Assembly: GCA_964504605.1 (NCBI GenBank)
Contig: CAZDFB010000002.1
Coordinates: 5,037-69,036, forward strand
Origin: an uncultured Oscillospiraceae bacterium
GTDB taxonomy: Bacteria; Bacillota; Clostridia; Oscillospirales; Oscillospiraceae
DNA: 64,000 nucleotides
Direction: 5' to 3'
Shown here: positions 56,076-64,000 of the stretch, one piece after another
Layout: every line of letters starts with the position of its first letter
Numbering within the stretch: position 1 is the stretch's first letter
Translations under genes and position numbers: made by a program
The notes under the pieces: model-generated
The model's input: the letters and a program-made list of their open reading frames with translations, nothing else
What the model was told of the DNA's origin: nothing
Databases searched by the model: none

Positions 56076-56660
56076 TTATTCATTTACCGCGGCAAGAATA
56101 TGCTTTACCAGCTCATCTCTGCCGTTTCCTTTTTCTGCGGAAAAGGGAATGATGGGAACGGAATCCTGCAGCTCCAGATCCTCCCGGATGGTGCGAAGAT
56201 TCGGCTCCAGCTCGGATTTTTTCAGCTTGTCCATTTTGTTCGCCACGACAACAAAGGGACAGCCGCTCTGCTTGAACCAATCCGCCATGGTAATGTCGTT
56301 GTTCGTGGGCGGGTGGCGGTAATCAACGATCAGCACACCCAGGTCAATGCGGTTTTCCGCAAAGTAATCCTCCATGAGCTTGCCCCAGCGGGCTTTCTCA
56401 CTCGCTGAAACCTTGGCAAATCCATAGCCCGGCAGGTCCACGAAGTAGCATTTTCCGTCAACGGTGAAGTAATTCACGTGAATGGTCTTTCCGGGCTTTT
56501 CACCTACCCGGGCGAAGTTTTTTCGCTGAAGAATCCGGTTGATAACAGAGGACTTGCCTACATTGGATTTTCCGGCAAATGCGATTTCCGGCAGGCGCTT
56601 TCCGGGAAAATCCTTTACGGCAGCAGCCGAAATCAGAAAATCTACCTTTTGAAAATTCAT
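56076..56660 (-). CDS. engB: Ribosome biogenesis GTPase YsxC/EngB
   Basis: GKSNVGKSS, DLPGYG and NKMDK motifs. Confidence 0.9.
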   Translation of the reverse strand: MNFQKVDFLISAAAVKDFPGKRLPEIAFAGKSNVGKSSVINRILQRKNFARVGEKPGKTIHVNYFTVDGKCYFVDLPGYGFAKVSASEKARWGKLMEDYFAENRIDLGVLIVDYRHPPTNNDITMADWFKQSGCPFVVVANKMDKLKKSELEPNLRTIREDLELQDSVPIIPFSAEKGNGRDELVKHILAAVNE

Positions 56661-56670
56661 AGTTTCCTCC

Positions 56671-59073
56671 TTACTGCCGAATTTCGGGGCTGCGGCTTAT
56701 TTTCCGGTTATCCTGAGGGATTTTCGGCAGACGCTCCGTATCACCAATGGGCAGCGGATTCAGCGCTGCCTCCAGAACCGTTTCCACAGAGGAAGCGGTG
56801 ATGAAATTCAGGCTCTTGCGGACAACGGGATCAATCTGCTCCAGATCCCGCTCGTTTTCAGCGGGAATAATCACGGTTTGGACACCGTGGCGCAGAGCAG
56901 CCATAGTCTTCTCCTTCAGGCCGCCAATGGCCATTACCCGGCCCCGCAGGGAAATTTCACCGGTCATGGCGATATCCTGCCGGACGGAACGTCCCGTCAG
57001 TGCGGAAACGATGGCAGTACAGACTGTAATACCGGCGGAGGGACCGTCCTTGGGCACAGCACCCTCAGGGAAATGCACATGGATATCTCTGGTTTTATAG
57101 AAGTCGGTGCTGATACCCAGCTTCTGGGCGTTGGCACGGATGTAGCTCAGGGCCGCATGGGCGGATTCCTTCATAACATCCCCCAGGTTACCCGTCAGCT
57201 CCAGCTTACCGTTGCCCTCCATGACATTGACTTCAACCTCCAGGGTCTCGCCGCCAACGGAGGTCCAGGCAAGCCCTGTAACCAGGCCCACCTGATCGGC
57301 ACCGGCAAGGCGCCCGGAAAGATATTTCCGGATTCCCAGATATTCCTCCAGATTGGAAACGGTAACGGTGATTTTTTTCGGTGCGTCCTGGGAAACCAGC
57401 CGCATATCCGCCTTCCGGCAGATTTCCCCAATCCGGCGCTCCAGGGTTCGGACACCGGATTCCCGGGTATAGCAGCGAATGACCTCCCGGAGGGCATCGT
57501 CCGTAATCCGAAGCTGAGATTTTTTCAGGCCGTGCTTTCCGAGCTGCTTGGGAATCAGGTGATTCTTGGCAATCATCAGCTTTTCCTCGTCGGTATAGGA
57601 GCCAAGCTCAATGATCTCCATACGGTCCAGAAGGGGTCGGGGCACCGTATCCAGCGTATTTGCGGTGGTGATAAACATGACATCGGAAAGATTGACGGGG
57701 ATTTCCAGATAGTGGTCCCGGTATGTATGGTTCTGCTCCGCATCCAAAACCTCCAGCAGCGCGGCGCTGGGGTCTCCCCGGTAGTCAGAGCCCATTTTAT
57801 CGATTTCGTCCAGCAGAATCACCGGATTCATGGAACCGGCCTGAGTCAGGGCGGTAATGATCCGGCCCGGCATGGAACCGACATAGGTTTTCCGGTGGCC
57901 CCGGATATCCGCTTCATCATGGACACCGCCCAGAGAAATCCGGGACATTTTCCGGTTCAGGCTTCGGGCGATGGAATAGGAAATAGAGGTTTTGCCCACA
58001 CCCGGAGGACCCACCAGACAGATGATCTGGGGCGGCATGGCAGGTGCCATCTGTCGAACTGCCAGAGTTTCCAGAATCCGCTCCTTCACCTTCTCCAGGC
58101 CAAAGTGGTCCCGTTCCAGAATTTTACGGGCGGCCTCAACGTCAATGCGCTCCCTGGTTCGGGAGTTCCAGGGAATTTCCAGAACCGTGTCCAGGTAATT
58201 GCGCAGCACAGCACCCTCCGAGGAGCCGAAGGGCTGCTTTTTCAGCCGGTCTACGTCCTTTAGAAGCTTCTTTTCGGAATCGGCATCCAGCTTAAGGGCC
58301 TTGAGCTTCTGGGAATAGACATCAAATTCGTTTTCGTCCTCCCCTTCCCCCAGCTCCTGCTGAATGATCCGCATCTGCTCCCGCAGATAGTAGTCCTTCT
58401 GATTCTGGTCGATGCTTGCCCGGGTCTTCTCCTGAATGTCAGATTCCAGCCGGAGCATTTCCACCTCTTCACTCAAAAGCTTGATTGCCGCCTCCAGCCG
58501 CTTGTGGGGATTCAGCTGGGAAAGAAGCTTTACCTTATCCGGGTAATCAATCCCGGAATTTTGGGCGATGGAATCGGCAACAAAGCCACTGTCCGAGCTG
58601 GCAAGCATCCGCAGCTGGATAGCCTGGGCCGGATGCTCTGTCAAATCGACATAGGTCCCATAGAGCATATTGGCTTCCCGCCGAAGGGCCCGGGCCCGGA
58701 GGGAATCCTGAACCTCGGTTTCGGGGACACCGGTGACCTGGCCCTGGAGGAAAGGTTCAGCCTGGTCCAGCTGGACAATTCTGGCGCGGCAGATGCCGGT
58801 TACCAATACCCGGAGATTTTCTCCCTGGGACTTGAGCACCTGCTTGACCTTTGCAATGGTACCGATGGTGTAAAGCCCCTCAAGAGAAGGGTCGTCCTCC
58901 ATAATATTCCGCTGAGGAGCCAGGAAAATAACCTGGTCCTTCTTCATGCAGGCCTCCAGAGCAAGGACAGATTTCTTGCGGCCCACATCAAAATGAATGG
59001 TTTGCTCGGGAAACACAGCCAGGCCCCGCAGAGCCAGCACCGGCATTTTCCCGGATTCTAATATTTCAGTCAA
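56671..59073 (-). CDS. lon: ATP-dependent protease Lon
   Basis: 800 aa. Walker A GPPGVGKTS and catalytic PKDGPSAG. Confidence 0.95.
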   Translation of the reverse strand: MTEILESGKMPVLALRGLAVFPEQTIHFDVGRKKSVLALEACMKKDQVIFLAPQRNIMEDDPSLEGLYTIGTIAKVKQVLKSQGENLRVLVTGICRARIVQLDQAEPFLQGQVTGVPETEVQDSLRARALRREANMLYGTYVDLTEHPAQAIQLRMLASSDSGFVADSIAQNSGIDYPDKVKLLSQLNPHKRLEAAIKLLSEEVEMLRLESDIQEKTRASIDQNQKDYYLREQMRIIQQELGEGEDENEFDVYSQKLKALKLDADSEKKLLKDVDRLKKQPFGSSEGAVLRNYLDTVLEIPWNSRTRERIDVEAARKILERDHFGLEKVKERILETLAVRQMAPAMPPQIICLVGPPGVGKTSISYSIARSLNRKMSRISLGGVHDEADIRGHRKTYVGSMPGRIITALTQAGSMNPVILLDEIDKMGSDYRGDPSAALLEVLDAEQNHTYRDHYLEIPVNLSDVMFITTANTLDTVPRPLLDRMEIIELGSYTDEEKLMIAKNHLIPKQLGKHGLKKSQLRITDDALREVIRCYTRESGVRTLERRIGEICRKADMRLVSQDAPKKITVTVSNLEEYLGIRKYLSGRLAGADQVGLVTGLAWTSVGGETLEVEVNVMEGNGKLELTGNLGDVMKESAHAALSYIRANAQKLGISTDFYKTRDIHVHFPEGAVPKDGPSAGITVCTAIVSALTGRSVRQDIAMTGEISLRGRVMAIGGLKEKTMAALRHGVQTVIIPAENERDLEQIDPVVRKSLNFITASSVETVLEAALNPLPIGDTERLPKIPQDNRKISRSPEIRQ

Positions 59074-59098
59074 GGGAATCTCCCTCCTTTGCTAAGAC

Positions 59099-59125
59099 AA
59101 AAAGGGGGTAGATAGCCTACCCCCC
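59099..59125 (-). terminator. Stem-loop downstream of clpX
   Basis: GGGGGTAG / CTACCCCC stem with a T-run on the - strand. Confidence 0.45.
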
Positions 59126-59130
59126 TGGAA

Positions 59131-60393
59131 TCAATTCCTGCCGGGAAGGCCCTCACGGGGTCTCGCGGCATCCCGAATCACTTCGGGCTCACCGCCCTGG
59201 ACACACTCCGGGGTGATGATAACCTTTTTGATTGTAAGATCAGAAGGAATCCGGTACATGATTTTGGTCATGACCTGCTCCATAATGGCACGCAGGCCTC
59301 TTGCACCGATCTGACGGTCGAGCGCCTTCTGGGCAATGAGCTCCAGAGCATCGGGCCGAATCTCCAGCTCCACATTGTCAAATTCAAAAAGCTTGGCATA
59401 CTGGCGGGTCAGAGCGTTCTTGGGCTCGGACAGAATCCGGATCAGATCCTCCTTGGTCAGATTCTGCAGGCAGGTGATCACAGGCATACGGCCCACCAGC
59501 TCCGGGATAATACCGAATTTGATAAGGTCGTCACTCTCCACCTGAGAGAGCAGCTTGCCCACATCCCGCTTCTTCCGGCTTTCCACCGGTGCGTCAAAGC
59601 CGATGGCGCTGCGGTCCGTGCGCTTTTCAATGATCTTATCCAGACCATCAAAGGCACCGCCGCAGATAAAGAGGATATTCGTGGTATCCACCGGAATCAT
59701 TTCCTGCTGAGGATGCTTCCGACCGCCCTGGGGCGGTACGCTGGCAACGGTTCCCTCCAGAATCTTCAGCAGAGCCTGCTGAACACCCTCGCCGGATACA
59801 TCCCGGGTGATGGAGGTGTTTTCACTCTTTCTGGCGATTTTATCCATCTCGTCGATGTAAATGATGCCATGCTCAGCCGCTTCCACATCAAAATCCGCAG
59901 CTTGCAGAAGACGAAGTAGAATATTTTCCACATCATCGCCTACGTAGCCTGCCTCAGTCAGGGTGGTGGCATCCGCAATGGCGAAGGGAACGTTCAGAAT
60001 TTTTGCCAGAGTCTGGGCAAAGAGGGTCTTGCCGCAGCCGGTAGGGCCAATAAGCAGAATATTGCTCTTCTGAAGCTCCACATCGGAAGCGGATCCAAAA
60101 TAGATCCGCTTATAGTGGTTGTATACCGCAACTGCCAGAGCAACCTTGGCGTCATCCTGGCCTACGATATAGTTATCCATGAAGGCTTTCATCTCCATGG
60201 GGGTGGGCAGCTTCTCCGGTGCCCGGGAAGCGTCCTGCTGATCGAGCTGAATCTCGTCGGCCAGCAATTCACTGCAGGCGTGAACACATTCGCTGCAGAT
60301 ATATACGCCGGGACCGGCAATCAACTTGCTGGCTTGGGTTTCGCCTCTGCCGCAGAAGCTGCAGCGAATGGACTGCTCAGAATTTCTTGCCAT
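59131..60393 (-). CDS. clpX: ATP-dependent Clp protease ATP-binding subunit ClpX
   Basis: Zn finger CSFCG...CSEC and Walker A GPTGCGKT. Confidence 0.95.
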   Translation of the reverse strand: MARNSEQSIRCSFCGRGETQASKLIAGPGVYICSECVHACSELLADEIQLDQQDASRAPEKLPTPMEMKAFMDNYIVGQDDAKVALAVAVYNHYKRIYFGSASDVELQKSNILLIGPTGCGKTLFAQTLAKILNVPFAIADATTLTEAGYVGDDVENILLRLLQAADFDVEAAEHGIIYIDEMDKIARKSENTSITRDVSGEGVQQALLKILEGTVASVPPQGGRKHPQQEMIPVDTTNILFICGGAFDGLDKIIEKRTDRSAIGFDAPVESRKKRDVGKLLSQVESDDLIKFGIIPELVGRMPVITCLQNLTKEDLIRILSEPKNALTRQYAKLFEFDNVELEIRPDALELIAQKALDRQIGARGLRAIMEQVMTKIMYRIPSDLTIKKVIITPECVQGGEPEVIRDAARPREGLPGRN

Positions 60394-60413
60394 GAACTCA
60401 GGTCGCCTTTCTT

Positions 60414-60995
60414 TTAGTGGTGATCCAGCACCCGGTCAATCAGGCCAAATGCCTTTGCTTCCTCTGCGGTCATGAAATTGTCACGCTCGCAGGCGGCGGT
60501 GACCGTTTCAATGCTCTGACCGCAGTTTTCAGACAGGATACGGTTCATCCGCTCCTTAATGGTCTGCAGACGCTTCATGTGGATCGCCATGTCGGTAATC
60601 TGACCCTGGGTGCCGGCAGAGGGCTGATGAATCATGATCTCTGCGTTGGGCAGGGCCATGCGCTTGCCCTTGGTGCCGGCGCTGAGCAGGAAGGCTCCCA
60701 TGGATGCAGCCATGCCCACACAGATGGTGGCTACATCGCACTTGATGTATTGCATGGTGTCATAGATAGCCATTCCAGCGGTTACAGAGCCGCCGGGGCT
60801 GTTGATATAAAACTGGATATCCTTATCGGGGTCCTGCGCCTCCAGATACAGCAACTGGGCAACGATCAGGGACGCGGTGGTATCGTTCACCTCTTCCGAC
60901 AGGAAGATAATACGGTCATTCAGCAGACGGGAGAAAATATCGTAGCTGCGTTCACCGCGGCCCGTCTGCTCAACGACATAGGGGATAAAACTCAT
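60414..60995 (-). CDS. clpP: ATP-dependent Clp protease proteolytic subunit
   Basis: GMAASMGA (Ser) and IMIHQP (His). Start at MSFIPYV with RBS AAAGGAGA. Confidence 0.95.
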   Translation of the reverse strand: MSFIPYVVEQTGRGERSYDIFSRLLNDRIIFLSEEVNDTTASLIVAQLLYLEAQDPDKDIQFYINSPGGSVTAGMAIYDTMQYIKCDVATICVGMAASMGAFLLSAGTKGKRMALPNAEIMIHQPSAGTQGQITDMAIHMKRLQTIKERMNRILSENCGQSIETVTAACERDNFMTAEEAKAFGLIDRVLDHH

Positions 60996-61081
60996 GGTGA
61001 TGTCTCCTTTCATGCTTTTTGCTCGAAACATTCTAACCATTTCAGAGGGCGGTTATTCCTCGCCGTGAGTAATGCGAAAAA

Positions 61082-62383
61082 TTACTCCTCAGTCTTCTCT
61101 TCTGCCTTGGGGGCAACAGCCACGGCGGACTCAGTGATGACCTTGGTGGCCTTGCGGACCTTCAGGGAAGCGGTCAGCTCCTCAGCGGGGACCATTTCCT
61201 TGACCTTGACGGCCTCCAGCTGATACTGCTCAGCCAGGCTGGCGATCTCAGCGTCGATCTCCTCGTCGGAAACAGTGATGCCCTCAACCTCAACGATCTT
61301 CTCCAAAGTGACGGAAATCTTGGCCTGCTTCTCAGCAGCGGGACGGAAGGCCTTGCGCATGGTGGAAACGTCGCCACCCATCATCTTGGCGTACTGCTCC
61401 ATGGAGTAGCCGCTCATCTGCAGCTGGTAAGCGAAGCGGTCCATCTGGGTATCAAGCTCGTTCTCAACCAAGGCGTTGGGCACATCCACGGTGGTGTTCT
61501 CAGCGGCCTTCTCAACACAGGCGTTCTCAAAAGCGGACTGAGCCTGCTTCTCGGCATTCTCCAGAGCCTTGGTGCGAATGTCGTTCTTCAGCTCCTCCAG
61601 AGTGTCGAACTCGGAAACGTCCTTGGCGAACTCGTCGTCCTGCTCGGGAACGATGGTAACGGTGACCTTGTTCAGCTTCACATGGAACACGACGGGCTTA
61701 CCAGCCAGCTCGGGGGTGTAGTTCTCGGGGAAAGTGATGTCGATGTCCTTCTCCTCGCCGGCGTTCATGCCAACGATCTGCTCTTCAAAGCCGGGAACGA
61801 AGGAGCCGGAGCCCAGCTTCAGGTCGAAGTTTTCACCCTTGCCGCCGTCGAAGGCAACGCCGTTGTCAAAGCCCTCGAAATCGATGTTGGCGGTGTCGCC
61901 CATCTCGGCAGCACGCTCAACGGTCTCGGTGGAGGCAACGTTCTGTGCCATCCGGTCCAGCTCAGCCTGAACCTGGGCGTCGGTAACCTCAACAGGAGCC
62001 TTCTCAACCTCCAGACCCTTGTACTGGCCCAGAGTGACCTCGGGATAAACATCGGTGGTCAGGGTCAGGGTAACAATGTGGTCCTCGCTGATCTGCATAT
62101 CGGTGAGGCTGGGACGGCCGATGGCCTTGAAGTCCTGACCGGCAATGGCGAAGTCATAAATCTCGGGGAAAATCTCCTCCAGGCCGTCTTCATAGAAGAC
62201 ATGAGCGCCGTACATGGACTCGATCATCTTCCGGGGAGCCTTGCCCTTACGGAAGCCGGGGATCATGATCTGCTTGCGGGCCTTCAGGTAAGCGGCGTTG
62301 ACGCCCTTCTCCATCAGGTCCTTGTCGATCTCAACAACCACGGTAGCCTGGTTGCCGTTCTTTTCAATGCTCTTGACATTCAT
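61082..62383 (-). CDS. tig: Trigger factor
   Basis: About 433 aa. GFRKGKAP ribosome-binding motif and a central FKBP domain. Start at MNVKSIE with RBS TAGGAGGA. Confidence 0.95.
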   Translation of the reverse strand: MNVKSIEKNGNQATVVVEIDKDLMEKGVNAAYLKARKQIMIPGFRKGKAPRKMIESMYGAHVFYEDGLEEIFPEIYDFAIAGQDFKAIGRPSLTDMQISEDHIVTLTLTTDVYPEVTLGQYKGLEVEKAPVEVTDAQVQAELDRMAQNVASTETVERAAEMGDTANIDFEGFDNGVAFDGGKGENFDLKLGSGSFVPGFEEQIVGMNAGEEKDIDITFPENYTPELAGKPVVFHVKLNKVTVTIVPEQDDEFAKDVSEFDTLEELKNDIRTKALENAEKQAQSAFENACVEKAAENTTVDVPNALVENELDTQMDRFAYQLQMSGYSMEQYAKMMGGDVSTMRKAFRPAAEKQAKISVTLEKIVEVEGITVSDEEIDAEIASLAEQYQLEAVKVKEMVPAEELTASLKVRKATKVITESAVAVAPKAEEKTEE

Positions 62384-62497
62384 GTTAAGTAATCCTCCTA
62401 AATTGGCCCTGTATAGCAAGACCATTTTATATTTTTACATAGCCGCTATATTCTAGCAGAAAAAGTCGAGATTGTCCACACTTTTCTAAAAAAACTT

Positions 62498-63187
62498 TTA
62501 AAAAATTACCTTGTAGGGCTTAAAATCAATGTAATCCGCAGCGACAAGGCGGAAATCGACCCCGTCCCACTGCCCCTCCATCGCCAGTTTGTGGCTTCCA
62601 CCGTGCAAATGCCCGTAAAAGCAGCGGCGGACCTGGTATTTTTTCAACAGATCCAGAATCTCACGGCATTCATAGCCCTTATATCTGGGGGGATAGTGCA
62701 GAAAGACAATTTTCTGCTTCTCCCCTGCCGCCTTCAGGGATGCCTCCAGCCGGATCAGCTCCCGGCGGAATACCTTTTCATCATGCTGACCGGAGCGCTC
62801 CTCCTCGAAAAACCACCCCCGGGTTCCGCAGAGAGCGTAATCCTGGTAGAAATAGCAGTTATTATTGAGAATGTGCAGGTTTTCAAACCCGTTTTCCCTG
62901 CAAAATTTCTGGAATTTTGCGGCGGTGGACCACCAGTAATCGTGATTTCCCTTTATAATAATCTTTTTTCCCGGAATCTGATTGATCCAGGCAAAATCCG
63001 CCTTTGCGTTTTCCATATCCAGTGCCCAGCTCAGATCCCCCAGCAGCACGGTGGTATCCTCCGGGGTGATAACAGACAGTCCTTCCTTCAGCTTGTCCAT
63101 ATACCCCACCCAGGCACCGCCGAAAACATCCATGGGCTTGGGCGCGCCAAGGCAAAGATGGAGATCACCAATGGCGTACAGTGCCAT
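62498..63187 (-). CDS. Metallophosphoesterase
   Basis: MALYAIGDLH...GDL...GNHDYW...GHLH motifs. Confidence 0.8.
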   Translation of the reverse strand: MALYAIGDLHLCLGAPKPMDVFGGAWVGYMDKLKEGLSVITPEDTTVLLGDLSWALDMENAKADFAWINQIPGKKIIIKGNHDYWWSTAAKFQKFCRENGFENLHILNNNCYFYQDYALCGTRGWFFEEERSGQHDEKVFRRELIRLEASLKAAGEKQKIVFLHYPPRYKGYECREILDLLKKYQVRRCFYGHLHGGSHKLAMEGQWDGVDFRLVAADYIDFKPYKVIF

Positions 63188-63198
63188 AAAGCACCTCC

Positions 63199-64000
63199 TT
63201 AATTCAGTTTCTTTTTCAGGGCCTGCTCCGTAATGCCCATCGCCATGGCTGTGACTGCAATATCACTGCCCGGGCTCCGGTCAGAAAGGATCAGGGCCGT
63301 CCGGTTTTCACCGGTGGACGCCCGGTAATCCAGCAGGCCGCCATATTCCATAGCGGTGTAGGGCCCGCACAGATAGGAATTGGTTCGGTAAAGATTGGGA
63401 ATTACGGAAAAAATCCGTTTTTCGCTCAGTACACTTACATGAAAGCGCTTACCCATTGCCTTAAGGGCATCGTCCTCCGGGCAATAAAGCCCACTGCGCC
63501 GGACGGCCTCCAGATAGCGCATCACTTCCCCGGTTCCGCCCCAGGCATAAATGAGTCGCTCCAGATTTTCCGACAGAATCCGGTCACACAGAGGCGTGGC
63601 GGTTTTTACGGGAGCGGCACCTGTGCGAAGTTCTCCACGGCAGACCAGGTCCCAGAACGCAACATTTTCATTACAGCAGATAACGATATTTTCAATGGGG
63701 CCGCCCCATTCCCGGGCATATACGCCGGCAACTGCCCAGCCCAAATTTCCGCTGGGGACCACGATATCCACCGGCAGCTCATCGGGGCTGAATTCAACAA
63801 GGAGGGACAGCAGAATTCCCGTCTGGATGGCGATGGTGCACCAGTCCCCCGGGGCCGGTGCATGACCGCAGAGCTGCTCCCCCAGGCGCATTGCCATCCA
63901 CCCGAAATCCCAGCCGGGATTATGCCAGCATTCTCCGACGGTGATCCGGTGGCTCATGGTGCTGGTACGGACCGGGTACCGGCCTACGCAGAAATCAATA
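63199..64000 (-). CDS. Threonine-synthase-like PLP enzyme, C-terminal part (the frame stays open to the window edge)
   Basis: ...VPSGNLGWAVAGVYAREWGGPIENIVICCNEN... resembles the SGNFGN...ASNEN core of threonine synthases. There is no stop between 63957 and 64000 in frame. Confidence 0.45.
   Translation of the reverse strand, partial: IDFCVGRYPVRTSTMSHRITVGECWHNPGWDFGWMAMRLGEQLCGHAPAPGDWCTIAIQTGILLSLLVEFSPDELPVDIVVPSGNLGWAVAGVYAREWGGPIENIVICCNENVAFWDLVCRGELRTGAAPVKTATPLCDRILSENLERLIYAWGGTGEVMRYLEAVRRSGLYCPEDDALKAMGKRFHVSVLSEKRIFSVIPNLYRTNSYLCGPYTAMEYGGLLDYRASTGENRTALILSDRSPGSDIAVTAMAMGITEQALKKKLN

Overview
The window is 64 kb of chromosome from a moderately GC-rich, spore-forming Firmicute. 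Gene order and protein types look like Clostridia, possibly the Oscillospiraceae/Ruminococcaceae type, but that is an inference and no search was run. Most of it is conserved housekeeping and sporulation backbone. On the + strand: yunB (partial), ligA, yqfC, yqfD, phoH, ybeY, era, (yqzL), recO, mutS2, an HPr gene, uvrC, rsmD, coaD and xerD. On the - strand: ylbJ, pfkA, radA and cwlD. A long - strand block follows: ispA, xseB, xseA, nusB, asp23, spoIIIAH to spoIIIAA, ftsK, uppP, a tepA-like gene, engB, lon, clpX, clpP and tig. The main finding is that the spore-coat gene cotJC, in a cotJA/B-cotJC operon, is split into a 5' piece (28409-28831) and a 3' piece (33306-33500). The split is caused by a more AT-rich ~4.5-kb element (about 28816-33310). 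The element ends in a large serine recombinase gene and carries only a Tn916 Orf7/Orf8-like sigma/HTH regulatory module, with no transfer genes. Both junctions carry the same GCAGA pentamer in the same codon phase, flanked by symmetric 10-bp inverted repeats. Excision at the GA would therefore restore an intact CotJC reading frame. That is the architecture of skin-like sporulation intervening elements, but a plain transposon knockout cannot be excluded from sequence alone. Secondary accessory regions are also described. These include an orphan tyrosine recombinase with two XRE regulators behind a palindromic operator-like promoter, and an ECF sigma/anti-sigma/VanZ operon. A membrane-tethered MerR-RDD fusion, a low-GC membrane ORF and a long leader upstream of an RNHCP gene are also listed. 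No rRNA, tRNA or CRISPR array was seen. Function calls rest on motifs read from the translations and on recalled family knowledge. No database search was run.
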